DNA from: Candidatus Odinarchaeota archaeon
Lineage (GTDB): Archaea; Asgardarchaeota; Odinarchaeia; Odinarchaeales; Odinarchaeaceae
Length of the DNA stretch: 22,189 nucleotides
Reading direction: 5' to 3'
Assembly: GCA_038826135.1 (NCBI GenBank)
Contig: JAWBON010000013.1
Coordinates: 1 to 22,189, forward strand
Both the position numbers and the translations under genes were made by a program. The first letter of the stretch is position 1. Every line of letters begins with the position of its first letter. This document shows, one piece after another, positions 1 through 8,128 of the stretch. The notes beneath the pieces were generated by a model. It was not told the DNA's origin. It ran no database searches and saw only the letters and a list, made by a program, of their open reading frames with translations.

Positions 1-2
1 GA

Positions 3-1703
3 GTAGCATCATGCTCTTTCTCTGGAGTTTTCGGCCCGTACACAGGAACTATATTTGAGCAGGCTATTTACACATATAGTTACAATAGTTCTAAACCGGT
101 AGTTTTTAAGAATAATATCACAGTCACCGTGATAAAAACATTTAATACAAGTTACGTGACTTACAATGTTGAGAACGGTAGCGCCGTCAGCTGGCGTGTG
201 AGATTTTACACCGATCTCAGCTTTAACAATGAGCCTAAAGGTAGCAATCCCACGTTTTATAGTAATTATTATTTTAACTTGACTTTTCCATTAGACTGGG
301 ATATTGGGAAAATAACTGATCCGGGAGGATACGACCATAGTGTTAATGAAACAAACTATATTTTGTATACGAATAGCACTGCTAAAATATTGTTTGTGAA
401 TGTTTCCGCTATAGGCTTGTACGGGCTTTATTCTGTGGAAGCTGCTTCACCTAACTATCTTAGAGAAATTTATCTTCAAGTGTATAAACCCGGAGTGGGC
501 TGGGTTAATGAAAGCTTTTTCAAGACAGGTGACTTGATAAGGTTTGCAGTTTCAATATCTGATGAAAACAGTATTCCACCAGCCGTTCCCGGTAACGCTT
601 CGATTACTGTGAAGGATCCGCGTGGAAACAACTGGCCGGGTGTGGGTTTGAATGTTTCAGTGATAGGGGGTTTAGCTGTTTCAGATAATTTAACAGCTCC
701 CAGCGGTATGCTGGTGGGCTCTTATCTTGTAGAATTTCACTGGTCTAACGGGTATGAAGCGGGGTGTTTGAAAACAGACAGGTTTGGTGTTCAAGGCCGA
801 GCTTTAGTCTCTGTGAAGCACCCTGTAGGGCAGGAGGCGTATATTCTCTCAGGCTCCAGCTTGCTGATAGAAATAGAATTATCGGATCCAGTTACAGGGC
901 AGCCGATAACGGATGCTATAGTTGAATACCGGTTCAGCTGGGATTCCGCGGGGGTTTGGCATCAGACACAGGCTATTAGTAACCGTTATATTGCAACCGC
1001 TGTGGTTCCTGAACCTCAGGTGGGGGAGCATACTATACTCATTCGTGTGAATCATACATTTTACACGTTAACCGCTCAGACTACTGTAAACATTAACGTC
1101 TGGCAGGAGTGGTATATCTACCTGCCTTGGGGTGGAAGAATCCTAGGCTGGTTGTTTATAGCATATGTTGCATTTGCGGGCTTGATAGCTGCCGGTGGAT
1201 TCACAGCTTGGAATTATTATTTCAAATATCCTAAAATGGTTAGGAAGATCAGAAGGATGATGAAAACTGTTAGAGGGGGTAGAGTGCCTAAACCCACTGG
1301 TGTAAGAGATAGAGCATCTATCTTAGAGAGGGTTAAAGCTGCAAGCCTGACCCCCGCTCTCAGTATAGAGTTACCTGAAGCGCCTACCCCATTGGAAGGG
1401 AAAGTTATTACACCTGTGGAGGAGCCGCAGCCGATTGAGGAGACGCCGTTGGAGCCTGTTGAAGAACGGGTTGAGGAGCATGTTGTAGAGGAGACGGCTG
1501 AGCCTGAAAAACGTGTTGAAATCGTTGAGGAAGCTTTGGAGCCTGAACTGAAATATTACGTTGAGGAGTTGAGTAAGCTGGAGGGGTTAACGGATAAAGA
1601 GATTCAGCAGATAATCCGTGAGATGAAGGAGCTGTCAGAGGAGGAGCGTGAAACCATGTTGGAAGCGTTGAAAGAGTCGTATTCTTCAAAAAAGGGGGGA
1701 TAA
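3..1703 (+). CDS. Large single-pass membrane-anchored surface (glyco)protein, 5'-truncated by the window edge; cytoplasmic basic segment, Pro/Glu-rich linker and C-terminal helical domain
   Basis: The frame is open from base 3 (VASCSFSGVFGPYTG...), so the GTG at 129 is internal. Beta-rich region with at least 11 N-X-S/T sequons, one hydrophobic span (ILGWLFIAYVAFAGLIAAGGFTAW, ~1138-1210), then a basic stretch KYPKMVRKIRRMMKTVR and an acidic tail. Confidence 0.8.
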   Translation, partial: VASCSFSGVFGPYTGTIFEQAIYTYSYNSSKPVVFKNNITVTVIKTFNTSYVTYNVENGSAVSWRVRFYTDLSFNNEPKGSNPTFYSNYYFNLTFPLDWDIGKITDPGGYDHSVNETNYILYTNSTAKILFVNVSAIGLYGLYSVEAASPNYLREIYLQVYKPGVGWVNESFFKTGDLIRFAVSISDENSIPPAVPGNASITVKDPRGNNWPGVGLNVSVIGGLAVSDNLTAPSGMLVGSYLVEFHWSNGYEAGCLKTDRFGVQGRALVSVKHPVGQEAYILSGSSLLIEIELSDPVTGQPITDAIVEYRFSWDSAGVWHQTQAISNRYIATAVVPEPQVGEHTILIRVNHTFYTLTAQTTVNINVWQEWYIYLPWGGRILGWLFIAYVAFAGLIAAGGFTAWNYYFKYPKMVRKIRRMMKTVRGGRVPKPTGVRDRASILERVKAASLTPALSIELPEAPTPLEGKVITPVEEPQPIEETPLEPVEERVEEHVVEETAEPEKRVEIVEEALEPELKYYVEELSKLEGLTDKEIQQIIREMKELSEEERETMLEALKESYSSKKGG

Positions 1704-1745
1704 GATAACGTGATGATATTTAAAAAAATTTGCAAGGTGAAATAG

Positions 1746-2837
1746 ATGCCTGAGGGTATAATAGTTGGGAAATGGGATGACGTGCAAGGCGTAGTGTTAC
1801 ACGCGAAGTATCCTGAAACAATTGAGATAGCTGACTATAATCTTATGAGAATATTTACAAGTCATGCTGTAGGGGAGGCGCAGGCGGGATTCCTCGCTTT
1901 AACTCTTGAAGAAGAGAAAATGAATGTTGCAAGCTATTTTACAGGGATAAGCCAGAAACCACAGTATTTTATTGCTCTGCTTCTCTCGAAAGATGAGGAT
2001 GCGAAATCATATGAAGAGAGTTTGTTAGATGTTTCAACCGAGCTGCTTGAAAAAGTGGATGCGCCGAATTTCACCGAGCTTTTAGCTGAAGCGTTTAGTA
2101 GACTTTCAAAAGCCATAGTGTTAAGTGACGAGCAGAGGCTTGCTCTAATATATAAGGATGAAATCCATAAGCTGGCTCATGAACGATTGATTAAAGGACC
2201 GGCTACTAGTAGTATGCTCGCCTCCTATATTCAGGAGAATGGTAATGTAAGCCGTGTGAACCCCGACTTGTTAGTTTCACCTTTAATAAGGTTAGGGCAT
2301 GTGACGCAGGGCTGGGTTCCAGGGTATCCTGAGCAGTTCATGTTTCTAATTAGAGATTTCTTCATCACCCGCGCTCCTTCCGAGAAAACGATTAAACTCA
2401 CTCTTAAAGGTGAACCTAACACTGAGATTGCTAGAAAATATTTGAAGACGGTTAAAGATTTCTTCACAGCTTATAATACTATGATCGATGAAAGCAGGGA
2501 TTTAGCTGAGATTCTGCTGAACCCTGAGTATTATGAGATAATAAAGCTGCTCAGGGAGAAACCTCGCCTTTTATCAGAGATTAACGCCTGCACTGGGCAG
2601 GAGAGACTTGGCTGTGAGGCTTCTGTCAGAAGGTTGGGGGAGCAGAATATTGTTGAAACCTATCAGATTGAGGTTGAAGGGGATATGTGGGTTCTACTTA
2701 AATCAGATATAGTTATCCACACATTCTTTCCAGAGTATCTTCTTGAAGTATTAAGATCTAAGCTAGCTTCAGGGGAGCTGTCCTCGGAGACAGCTATTAA
2801 ACACCTGGATCTTCTTCAACAAAACTATTCGCCTTGA
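1746..2837 (+). CDS. Longin/uDENN-like N-terminal domain fused to two winged-helix-like repeats (Asgard-type hypothetical protein)
   Basis: GGTGA SD before the ATG. N-terminus IIVGKWDDVQGVVLHAKYP has the longin/uDENN beta-hairpin pattern, followed by strands VASYF and YFIALLL. The C-terminal half shows an internal duplication. The ORF is solid; the fold call is by eye. Confidence 0.65.
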   Translation: MPEGIIVGKWDDVQGVVLHAKYPETIEIADYNLMRIFTSHAVGEAQAGFLALTLEEEKMNVASYFTGISQKPQYFIALLLSKDEDAKSYEESLLDVSTELLEKVDAPNFTELLAEAFSRLSKAIVLSDEQRLALIYKDEIHKLAHERLIKGPATSSMLASYIQENGNVSRVNPDLLVSPLIRLGHVTQGWVPGYPEQFMFLIRDFFITRAPSEKTIKLTLKGEPNTEIARKYLKTVKDFFTAYNTMIDESRDLAEILLNPEYYEIIKLLREKPRLLSEINACTGQERLGCEASVRRLGEQNIVETYQIEVEGDMWVLLKSDIVIHTFFPEYLLEVLRSKLASGELSSETAIKHLDLLQQNYSP

Positions 2838-3970
2838 ACCTGATTCTTATTATTAAATAAGTCTTTAGGTAGAAGGAACGCGGTGGCGAATCCTATCCAT
2901 ATAATTACCCCTAGTATTATGAATATTAGTGTTAGATCACCTAATATAAGAAGGGGTTCTAACACTGCTATTGTGATAAGTCTGCTCCCACCTAGGGCTA
3001 TACTTGTAAAAAATATTAGCGAGTTGTATTTATCTTTACTCATTGTTCTAGATAATAATCCAAAGAATGGCGCTGCTGTAAGAGCGATACCGAAAGATGA
3101 AGCCCAAGAGCCTAAAGTGAATATTTCAATAGATGTGGATATACCCATAATAATCATGGAAGCTCCTTCTATGAATAAAGCTGAGATCAGTATAATTCGA
3201 GCCCTGTTAAGGTCGAAGAAACGGCCAGCGGCTATGTAGCTTATAGATACAAGCAGGTTAACTATAGTCTGTATAATGCCCATGTTAAACTCGGTGCCTG
3301 CGAACCGGTTTAATAGAATAGGCTGATATATCCAGCTTGGAACGCTTATCACACCGTAGATTAACGTGAATAAGATTATTATTAAACCCAGCTTGTTATT
3401 GAAATATTTTTTTAAAAAGCTGAAGTCAACCTGTTTAAAATCCCAGTTAAAACGGCCTATTAAAAGAGCGGATAATAATGCGGGTATTAGCAGGAGAATC
3501 GCTGTGAAGAAGAGTTCACTGTATCCTATATATGAGATGATGAAACCGCCTATTATAGGACCGATCATGGAGGCTGTGTTCATTAAACCGTATAATATTC
3601 CAATTTTAAAGCCTCTATTCTCTTTTGGAATATATATTATAGCCAGATCCATAACAGACCAGTATAATCCTATAGCTAGACCGAATGTTAATGCCAGGAT
3701 ATGCCAGTTTAAATATGAGTAGAGTGAATAATAGAAGAGGCCTCTTACTAACAGTGAGAGAGCCATTAAAATATTCCCTTTATTCATGAAGAATAAGAGA
3801 CTCAGCACAGAGCTGAGTATGTTAAAAGCAAACATTACAATGTAAAATGCGCTAAGTTCAGCTACGTTAAGCCCTGTTTTTAAAAGAAATATAGGGAGGA
3901 AAATAGCGATAGAGCTGTGAGAGATACTTCTGAAAACCTCTGTTAAATATATTCTGTTTAATGTATTCAT
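2825..3970 (-). CDS. Major facilitator superfamily transporter, substrate unknown
   Basis: 381 aa with about 11-12 hydrophobic spans in two halves; motif-A-like AAGRFFDLNRAR in the C-terminal half. Confidence 0.85.
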   Translation of the reverse strand: MNTLNRIYLTEVFRSISHSSIAIFLPIFLLKTGLNVAELSAFYIVMFAFNILSSVLSLLFFMNKGNILMALSLLVRGLFYYSLYSYLNWHILALTFGLAIGLYWSVMDLAIIYIPKENRGFKIGILYGLMNTASMIGPIIGGFIISYIGYSELFFTAILLLIPALLSALLIGRFNWDFKQVDFSFLKKYFNNKLGLIIILFTLIYGVISVPSWIYQPILLNRFAGTEFNMGIIQTIVNLLVSISYIAAGRFFDLNRARIILISALFIEGASMIIMGISTSIEIFTLGSWASSFGIALTAAPFFGLLSRTMSKDKYNSLIFFTSIALGGSRLITIAVLEPLLILGDLTLIFIILGVIIWIGFATAFLLPKDLFNNKNQVQGE

Positions 3971-4074
3971 GGCTTATCAGTCTTACACTCAGTGGTAATT
4001 GATGCATAACTAATGTTCAATATTAAAGTTTTTCCTCGTAGATAGAGCTGAAACAACAAGCGTTGAAATAAAAG

Positions 4075-5349
4075 TTATGCTGGTTTTCCACTTACCGATT
4101 TTATAATTTGTTTAGCTTTTTCACCAGACAACCAGTTTATCTCATCCTCTCCAAATCCAAAATACATGGCTAGTTTAGCTGCTTCAACCTGGTTGTTTTG
4201 AAAAATTACTTTAAGAATAGGTAAGAACGTTGAGTGAGCTTTTTTAACACTTATATGACATTTAGACTTCACTTTCACGCATATATTTGTTACTAACTCT
4301 CTCTCTTTTTTCGACGCGCTTAAACGATTTATCCAAGATGGAAATTGATACTTTTTATAACCGTACTTGTCTGTAACTGATAAAGCCACACCAGCGGTCA
4401 TCAGTAAAATAAAGTATTTTAGAATACTCCAATTATTAGTTCTTACAATTTTGGAGAGAATTATATCCGCTTTTGAAAGATAGTCGTAGACGTTTTTAAG
4501 CTCTTCAGGTGTTTTAGCGTGGAGGAAAGCGTTCTCAACCACCCATTTGAAGAACATATCATAATCCATGTCAACAGTGTCATATGATGCTTTAGCTGAA
4601 TTAACCTCTTTAGCTTCGAAAAGCTGTTTAAGTGCTTCAAACACCTGAATAGTTCTATCTCTGCTGCCTGAGAAGATTATATCCCGCTCGCGGATATGCT
4701 TCACACCCTCAGCAAAGAACTGTAAATCATTGATCGCGGATCTAATATCCCCTCCACTAGCTTCAGCTATCTTTTTTAAAGCCGTCTCCTCGTATTCAAT
4801 CCCCTCTGAGCTGCAGACTTGTTTAAGAATGTTTATTATACTGTTGGGAGTAACCCGCCTATACTGTACCATTAAGCATAAATCTCTTATCGGCCTTAAA
4901 TTAGGAGACCAAGGGTCATTAGCCGTCATTATTATAGGGTTAATTGTAGACTTCAAGATTTTAAGAAGCTCATTGATTCCGCCTCTATCCTCGGTTCCAG
5001 ATATACCGTCAACCTCGTCTATTAATATTATTCTAATCTTTGACGAAAAAAGACTGGCTTGGAGTGAAGCGGCACCCACTATATTTCTTATACTCTCAGC
5101 GTTTCGCTTATCAGAAGCGTTTACTTCCAGCAGATCGATAGATAGTTGTCTGGCCACAGCGTGAACGGTCGCTGTTTTACCTGTTCCCGGAGGACCGTAT
5201 AATAGAAGTGCTTTCTTATCCTGTTTACCGTTAATCCAGTCTTCAACCCAGGTAAGCACTTCTTTAGCCTTTGCCTTGTTACCTGTTATGTCTTCAACTG
5301 TTTTAGGCCTGTATTTTTCAGCCCACAGGTGTTCTTTTTTACTGTTCAT
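4075..5349 (-). CDS. rfcL: Replication factor C large subunit
   Basis: WAEKYRP (RFC box II), Walker A GPPGTGKT, EVNASD, Walker B IILIDEVD, GGDIRSAINDLQ. Start moved from 5445 to the ATG at 5349 (MNSKKEH), which has a GGCGGTG SD-like element. Confidence 0.95.
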   Translation of the reverse strand: MNSKKEHLWAEKYRPKTVEDITGNKAKAKEVLTWVEDWINGKQDKKALLLYGPPGTGKTATVHAVARQLSIDLLEVNASDKRNAESIRNIVGAASLQASLFSSKIRIILIDEVDGISGTEDRGGINELLKILKSTINPIIMTANDPWSPNLRPIRDLCLMVQYRRVTPNSIINILKQVCSSEGIEYEETALKKIAEASGGDIRSAINDLQFFAEGVKHIRERDIIFSGSRDRTIQVFEALKQLFEAKEVNSAKASYDTVDMDYDMFFKWVVENAFLHAKTPEELKNVYDYLSKADIILSKIVRTNNWSILKYFILLMTAGVALSVTDKYGYKKYQFPSWINRLSASKKERELVTNICVKVKSKCHISVKKAHSTFLPILKVIFQNNQVEAAKLAMYFGFGEDEINWLSGEKAKQIIKSVSGKPA

Positions 5350-5430
5350 AACACCGCCGTATAAGTATAGTTTGACTTTCTTATTTATGTTATTATATTG
5401 TTTTTTATTTAAGAAGACCGATAAATTTAA

Positions 5431-5460
5431 AAGGATTAACCGCAATATTTATATATAAGA
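5431..5460. promoter_or_regulatory. Candidate bidirectional TATA region between divergent rfcL and tfb
   Basis: TTTATATA at 5448-5455 also reads TTATATATAAA on the minus strand; it lies in an AT-rich divergent intergenic region. Other TATA-like words are at ~5477 and 5545-5554. Confidence 0.4.
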
Positions 5461-5588
5461 ATGTAGGCGGGCGCCTAGTATATATTTTAGATATAGAGTT
5501 CTCTATCAACTTTTACAGTATGTGTTGATGCTAACTCTGTCTAAAGTATATACTAAACACCTGTTTATTAACATTTATGGGGATTTAT

Positions 5589-6530
5589 ATGTCTAAAGTT
5601 TTAGAGAAAAAAGATAAAAACCAATTAGGGTTAATCTGCCCCGAGTGTGGTAGCACGGAACTTATTCGCGATTACACTAGAGGGGAGAGTATCTGTAGTA
5701 ATTGTGGTTTAGTGATCCATGAACACATGGTTGACTCAGGGCCGGAGTGGAGAGCTTTCACAGCTGAAGAGAAGAATCAGAGAAGCCGGGTAGGAGCACC
5801 TACAACATTTAGAATGCCTGATAAAGGTTTAAGCACCATGATAGGTAAACAGAATACGGATAGCTTCGGTAAAAAATTATCAGCTAAGAAAAGGAGATTA
5901 ATGTACAGGTTAAGGAAATGGAATTTCAGAAGTATAATACACTCCTCTAAGAGGAGAAATCTAGCTCACGCCATGTCAGAGATGCAGAGGCTTGCAAGCC
6001 AGATGGGGATTTCCCGGGATATTATGGAGACAGCTGCTGTACTCTATAGAAAAGTGATTGAAAACGGTTTAACTAGAGGTCGCTCTATAGATGCTATGAT
6101 AGCAGCTTCACTATATCTTGCATGCCGGCTCCACAACTTACCCAGACCTTTAGATGAAATAGAACAATACTCCCGTTTCGATAGAAAAGAATTAGGCTAC
6201 TGTGTTAGAACAATATTATCCAAGCTGAGAATAAAAGTTCCAAGAGCTAAAGCAACCGACTTCATACCAAGATTCGGAAACGAACTCGGTCTTTCAGCTA
6301 AAACCCAGAGAACCGCTATTAAAATATTAGAGCAGGCTAGAGAGAAAGGTTTAACTAGTGGAAAAGATCCTACAGGACTGGCTGCAGCAGCGCTTTACAT
6401 AGCCTCCATGCTTGAAGGGGAGAGGAGAACCCAGTCAGAGGTTTCTAGAGTGGTTGCAGTGACAGAGGTGACTGTTAGAAACAGGTATAGAGAGCTTATC
6501 AGAGACCTTAACATTCAAATAGGTCGTTAA
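5589..6530 (+). CDS. tfb: Transcription initiation factor IIB (TFB)
   Basis: Zn ribbon CPECGS...CSNCG, B-reader DSGPEWRAF, two cyclin repeats (GRSIDAMIAASLYLACR, GKDPTGLAAAALYIAS), C-terminal HTH VTEVTVRNRY. Start could be 5577 or 5589. Confidence 0.97.
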   Translation: MSKVLEKKDKNQLGLICPECGSTELIRDYTRGESICSNCGLVIHEHMVDSGPEWRAFTAEEKNQRSRVGAPTTFRMPDKGLSTMIGKQNTDSFGKKLSAKKRRLMYRLRKWNFRSIIHSSKRRNLAHAMSEMQRLASQMGISRDIMETAAVLYRKVIENGLTRGRSIDAMIAASLYLACRLHNLPRPLDEIEQYSRFDRKELGYCVRTILSKLRIKVPRAKATDFIPRFGNELGLSAKTQRTAIKILEQAREKGLTSGKDPTGLAAAALYIASMLEGERRTQSEVSRVVAVTEVTVRNRYRELIRDLNIQIGR

Positions 6531-6575
6531 CTTAGAAATCCATTTAATATCGGTGAGCGATAATAGGCGGTTTAA

Positions 6576-6758
6576 ATGATATATCTGGTTTCAGCAATAA
6601 TTCTAATAATTTTAGGCGCATTCTTCACCCTTTCATTATTAAGCGACTTACCTGCGAAGGGAAACTTGAAATTACAGAAGACCCTGACTTTAACAATACT
6701 TATCAGCATATTATTCGGTTTTGGAGTACACTTTTTATTTCTAGCACTCGGCTTATAG
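6576..6758 (+). CDS. Small two-TM membrane protein (60 aa)
   Basis: AGGCGG SD-like element before the ATG; two hydrophobic helices separated by a basic loop; co-oriented with tfb. Confidence 0.6.
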   Translation: MIYLVSAIILIILGAFFTLSLLSDLPAKGNLKLQKTLTLTILISILFGFGVHFLFLALGL

Positions 6759-6880
6759 TAAAATATCAATAAGGAAGTTAAGGATTAACTGCGGATTTAA
6801 ATAATAGTTAAAGTATAACAATATAATGGACTTATTAAAATGACAGTGGAGTATTTATAATCCCAATGTAAGGTGGTTTT

Positions 6881-7072
6881 TTGACTTTTAAATACGCTAT
6901 TAAAAAAGACACTCTACCGGAGGATGAAATGATTCTTATAAAAAATGAGCTTCTGCCGGATACTAAATGCGGTGTATGCGGGGAAAAACTGGTAGCTAAA
7001 ATTTACTGGTTTAACGGGAAGCTTAAGAGAAAAATATGCTGCGATAAGTGTAAAGCAGAGGTCTGGAAGTAA
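6881..7072 (+). CDS. Small zinc/metal-binding protein, TRASH/YHS-like treble clef
   Basis: AAGGTGG SD before a TTG start; CGVC-x19-CCDKC fits the C-x2-C-x19-22-C-x3-C spacing, with an NGK turn. Confidence 0.65.
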   Translation: MTFKYAIKKDTLPEDEMILIKNELLPDTKCGVCGEKLVAKIYWFNGKLKRKICCDKCKAEVWK

Positions 7073-7184
7073 AACAGGCGCAGATCACAGACAGTTTTAA
7101 ATTATACACAGTATACTGCTAAAATAAGTAGCGGTTAAATATATAGTAATGAATATATAATGAATAATAATTAGGGGTGGTGGT

Positions 7185-7532
7185 ATGGTGGAGGAGATAC
7201 AGCCTTTATTTTTCGAAGTCTCCGGTTTAGAGGATCTTGTTAGATTAGCAATAAGTGTTTTATTACCCTCACCAACCCAGATTTTCCATTATAAAGAAGG
7301 GGAAAATCACATATATTTCTGTATGATTCCTGTCATAGGATTTACAGGCGGTAAACCTGTACCAGCCGTCTACTATTGTAAAACTTTGAAAGAGGTGAAA
7401 GGCCCTTACGCTCTTATAAAAAGCGACGGGGAACCTGAACAAGTAGAATTCGCTGACGCTACAAGAAGGGGATGGCATGCAACCGTGATAGTGAATCTTA
7501 AGAGAATACCGTCAACGTTTAAATTCTCTTAG
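7185..7532 (+). CDS. Conserved archaeal hypothetical protein resembling the crenarchaeal 'cren protein' family
   Basis: GGGGTGGTGG SD. The pattern EVSGLEDLVRLA...IFHY...HIYF...P.VYY resembles that family as I remember it. The ORF is confident; the family call is tentative. Confidence 0.55.
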   Translation: MVEEIQPLFFEVSGLEDLVRLAISVLLPSPTQIFHYKEGENHIYFCMIPVIGFTGGKPVPAVYYCKTLKEVKGPYALIKSDGEPEQVEFADATRRGWHATVIVNLKRIPSTFKFS

Positions 7533-7918
7533 TCAACGCGTCTTTTAACAATAACCCCTGTGCCTTTTTTAACATCCTTCAATAGATCGAATGGAGGTAT
7601 TAAACGACCGCATAGATTAACTTCAGAATAAGGTTGTGTTTTCCCGAAGAAGAGGCATAGAGCATCACCCATAGGCCAGTATGCGATGTCACCGCTACTA
7701 ACCGTTTTAACAGGTTTCTCCTTCCCCAAGTTGATTCCAGCCTTAAAATATATTTCTTCCCCGTAGAGGCTAACTTTATCCTTTATAGGTAGATTGTAAA
7801 ATATCGCTTCAGCTGTTCTAGGAGCCTTAGTTCTTATAAGCTCCCCTGAAACTTCACCGACACCTATAAATTCTATTATTATAGGATAAACGTTAATATT
7901 ACTATTCACGTTAACCAC
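7529..7918 (-). CDS. Cyclophilin-like fold protein (DUF369 type)
   Basis: APRTAEAIFYNLP, YGEEIYF, GDIAYWPMGDALCLFFGKT and SEVNLCGR motifs are typical of archaeal cyclophilin-like proteins. Confidence 0.85.
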   Translation of the reverse strand: MVNVNSNINVYPIIIEFIGVGEVSGELIRTKAPRTAEAIFYNLPIKDKVSLYGEEIYFKAGINLGKEKPVKTVSSGDIAYWPMGDALCLFFGKTQPYSEVNLCGRLIPPFDLLKDVKKGTGVIVKRRVD

Positions 7919-8128
7919 TAAAACAATATTTAAAAATTAAATTATAAAAGTTTTAGCTTAATTGAAATTTTAATATGTTCTAAGTAATATCCCGGATAAT
8001 TACACATCTTGATAAAATTTATATTTATGTGTGTTATTTAAAAATCTGCGAGGCTCACCCGCTGTTTAACACGTGCAGGATAAAATTTGCTTAATATTAT
8101 TTTTATACTGGTTTTGCAGGGTGGTTTC

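Noticed and set aside
1408-1689. 93-aa Pro/Gln-rich minus-strand ORF
   Set aside because: Antisense shadow of the Glu/Pro low-complexity tail of the surface protein.
5350-5588. AT-rich intergenic region near rfcL as a possible replication origin
   Set aside because: No ORB-like repeats and no adjacent cdc6/orc1; a divergent promoter explains it.
6572-6769. 65-aa minus-strand ORF
   Set aside because: The plus-strand 60-aa ORF has an SD and two clean TM helices; this one is its shadow.
7919-8128. CIRCE or known archaeal heat-shock operator upstream of grpE
   Set aside because: No TTAGCACTC-N9-GAGTGCTAA or CTAAC-N5-GTTAG match; only the weak inverted repeat reported above.
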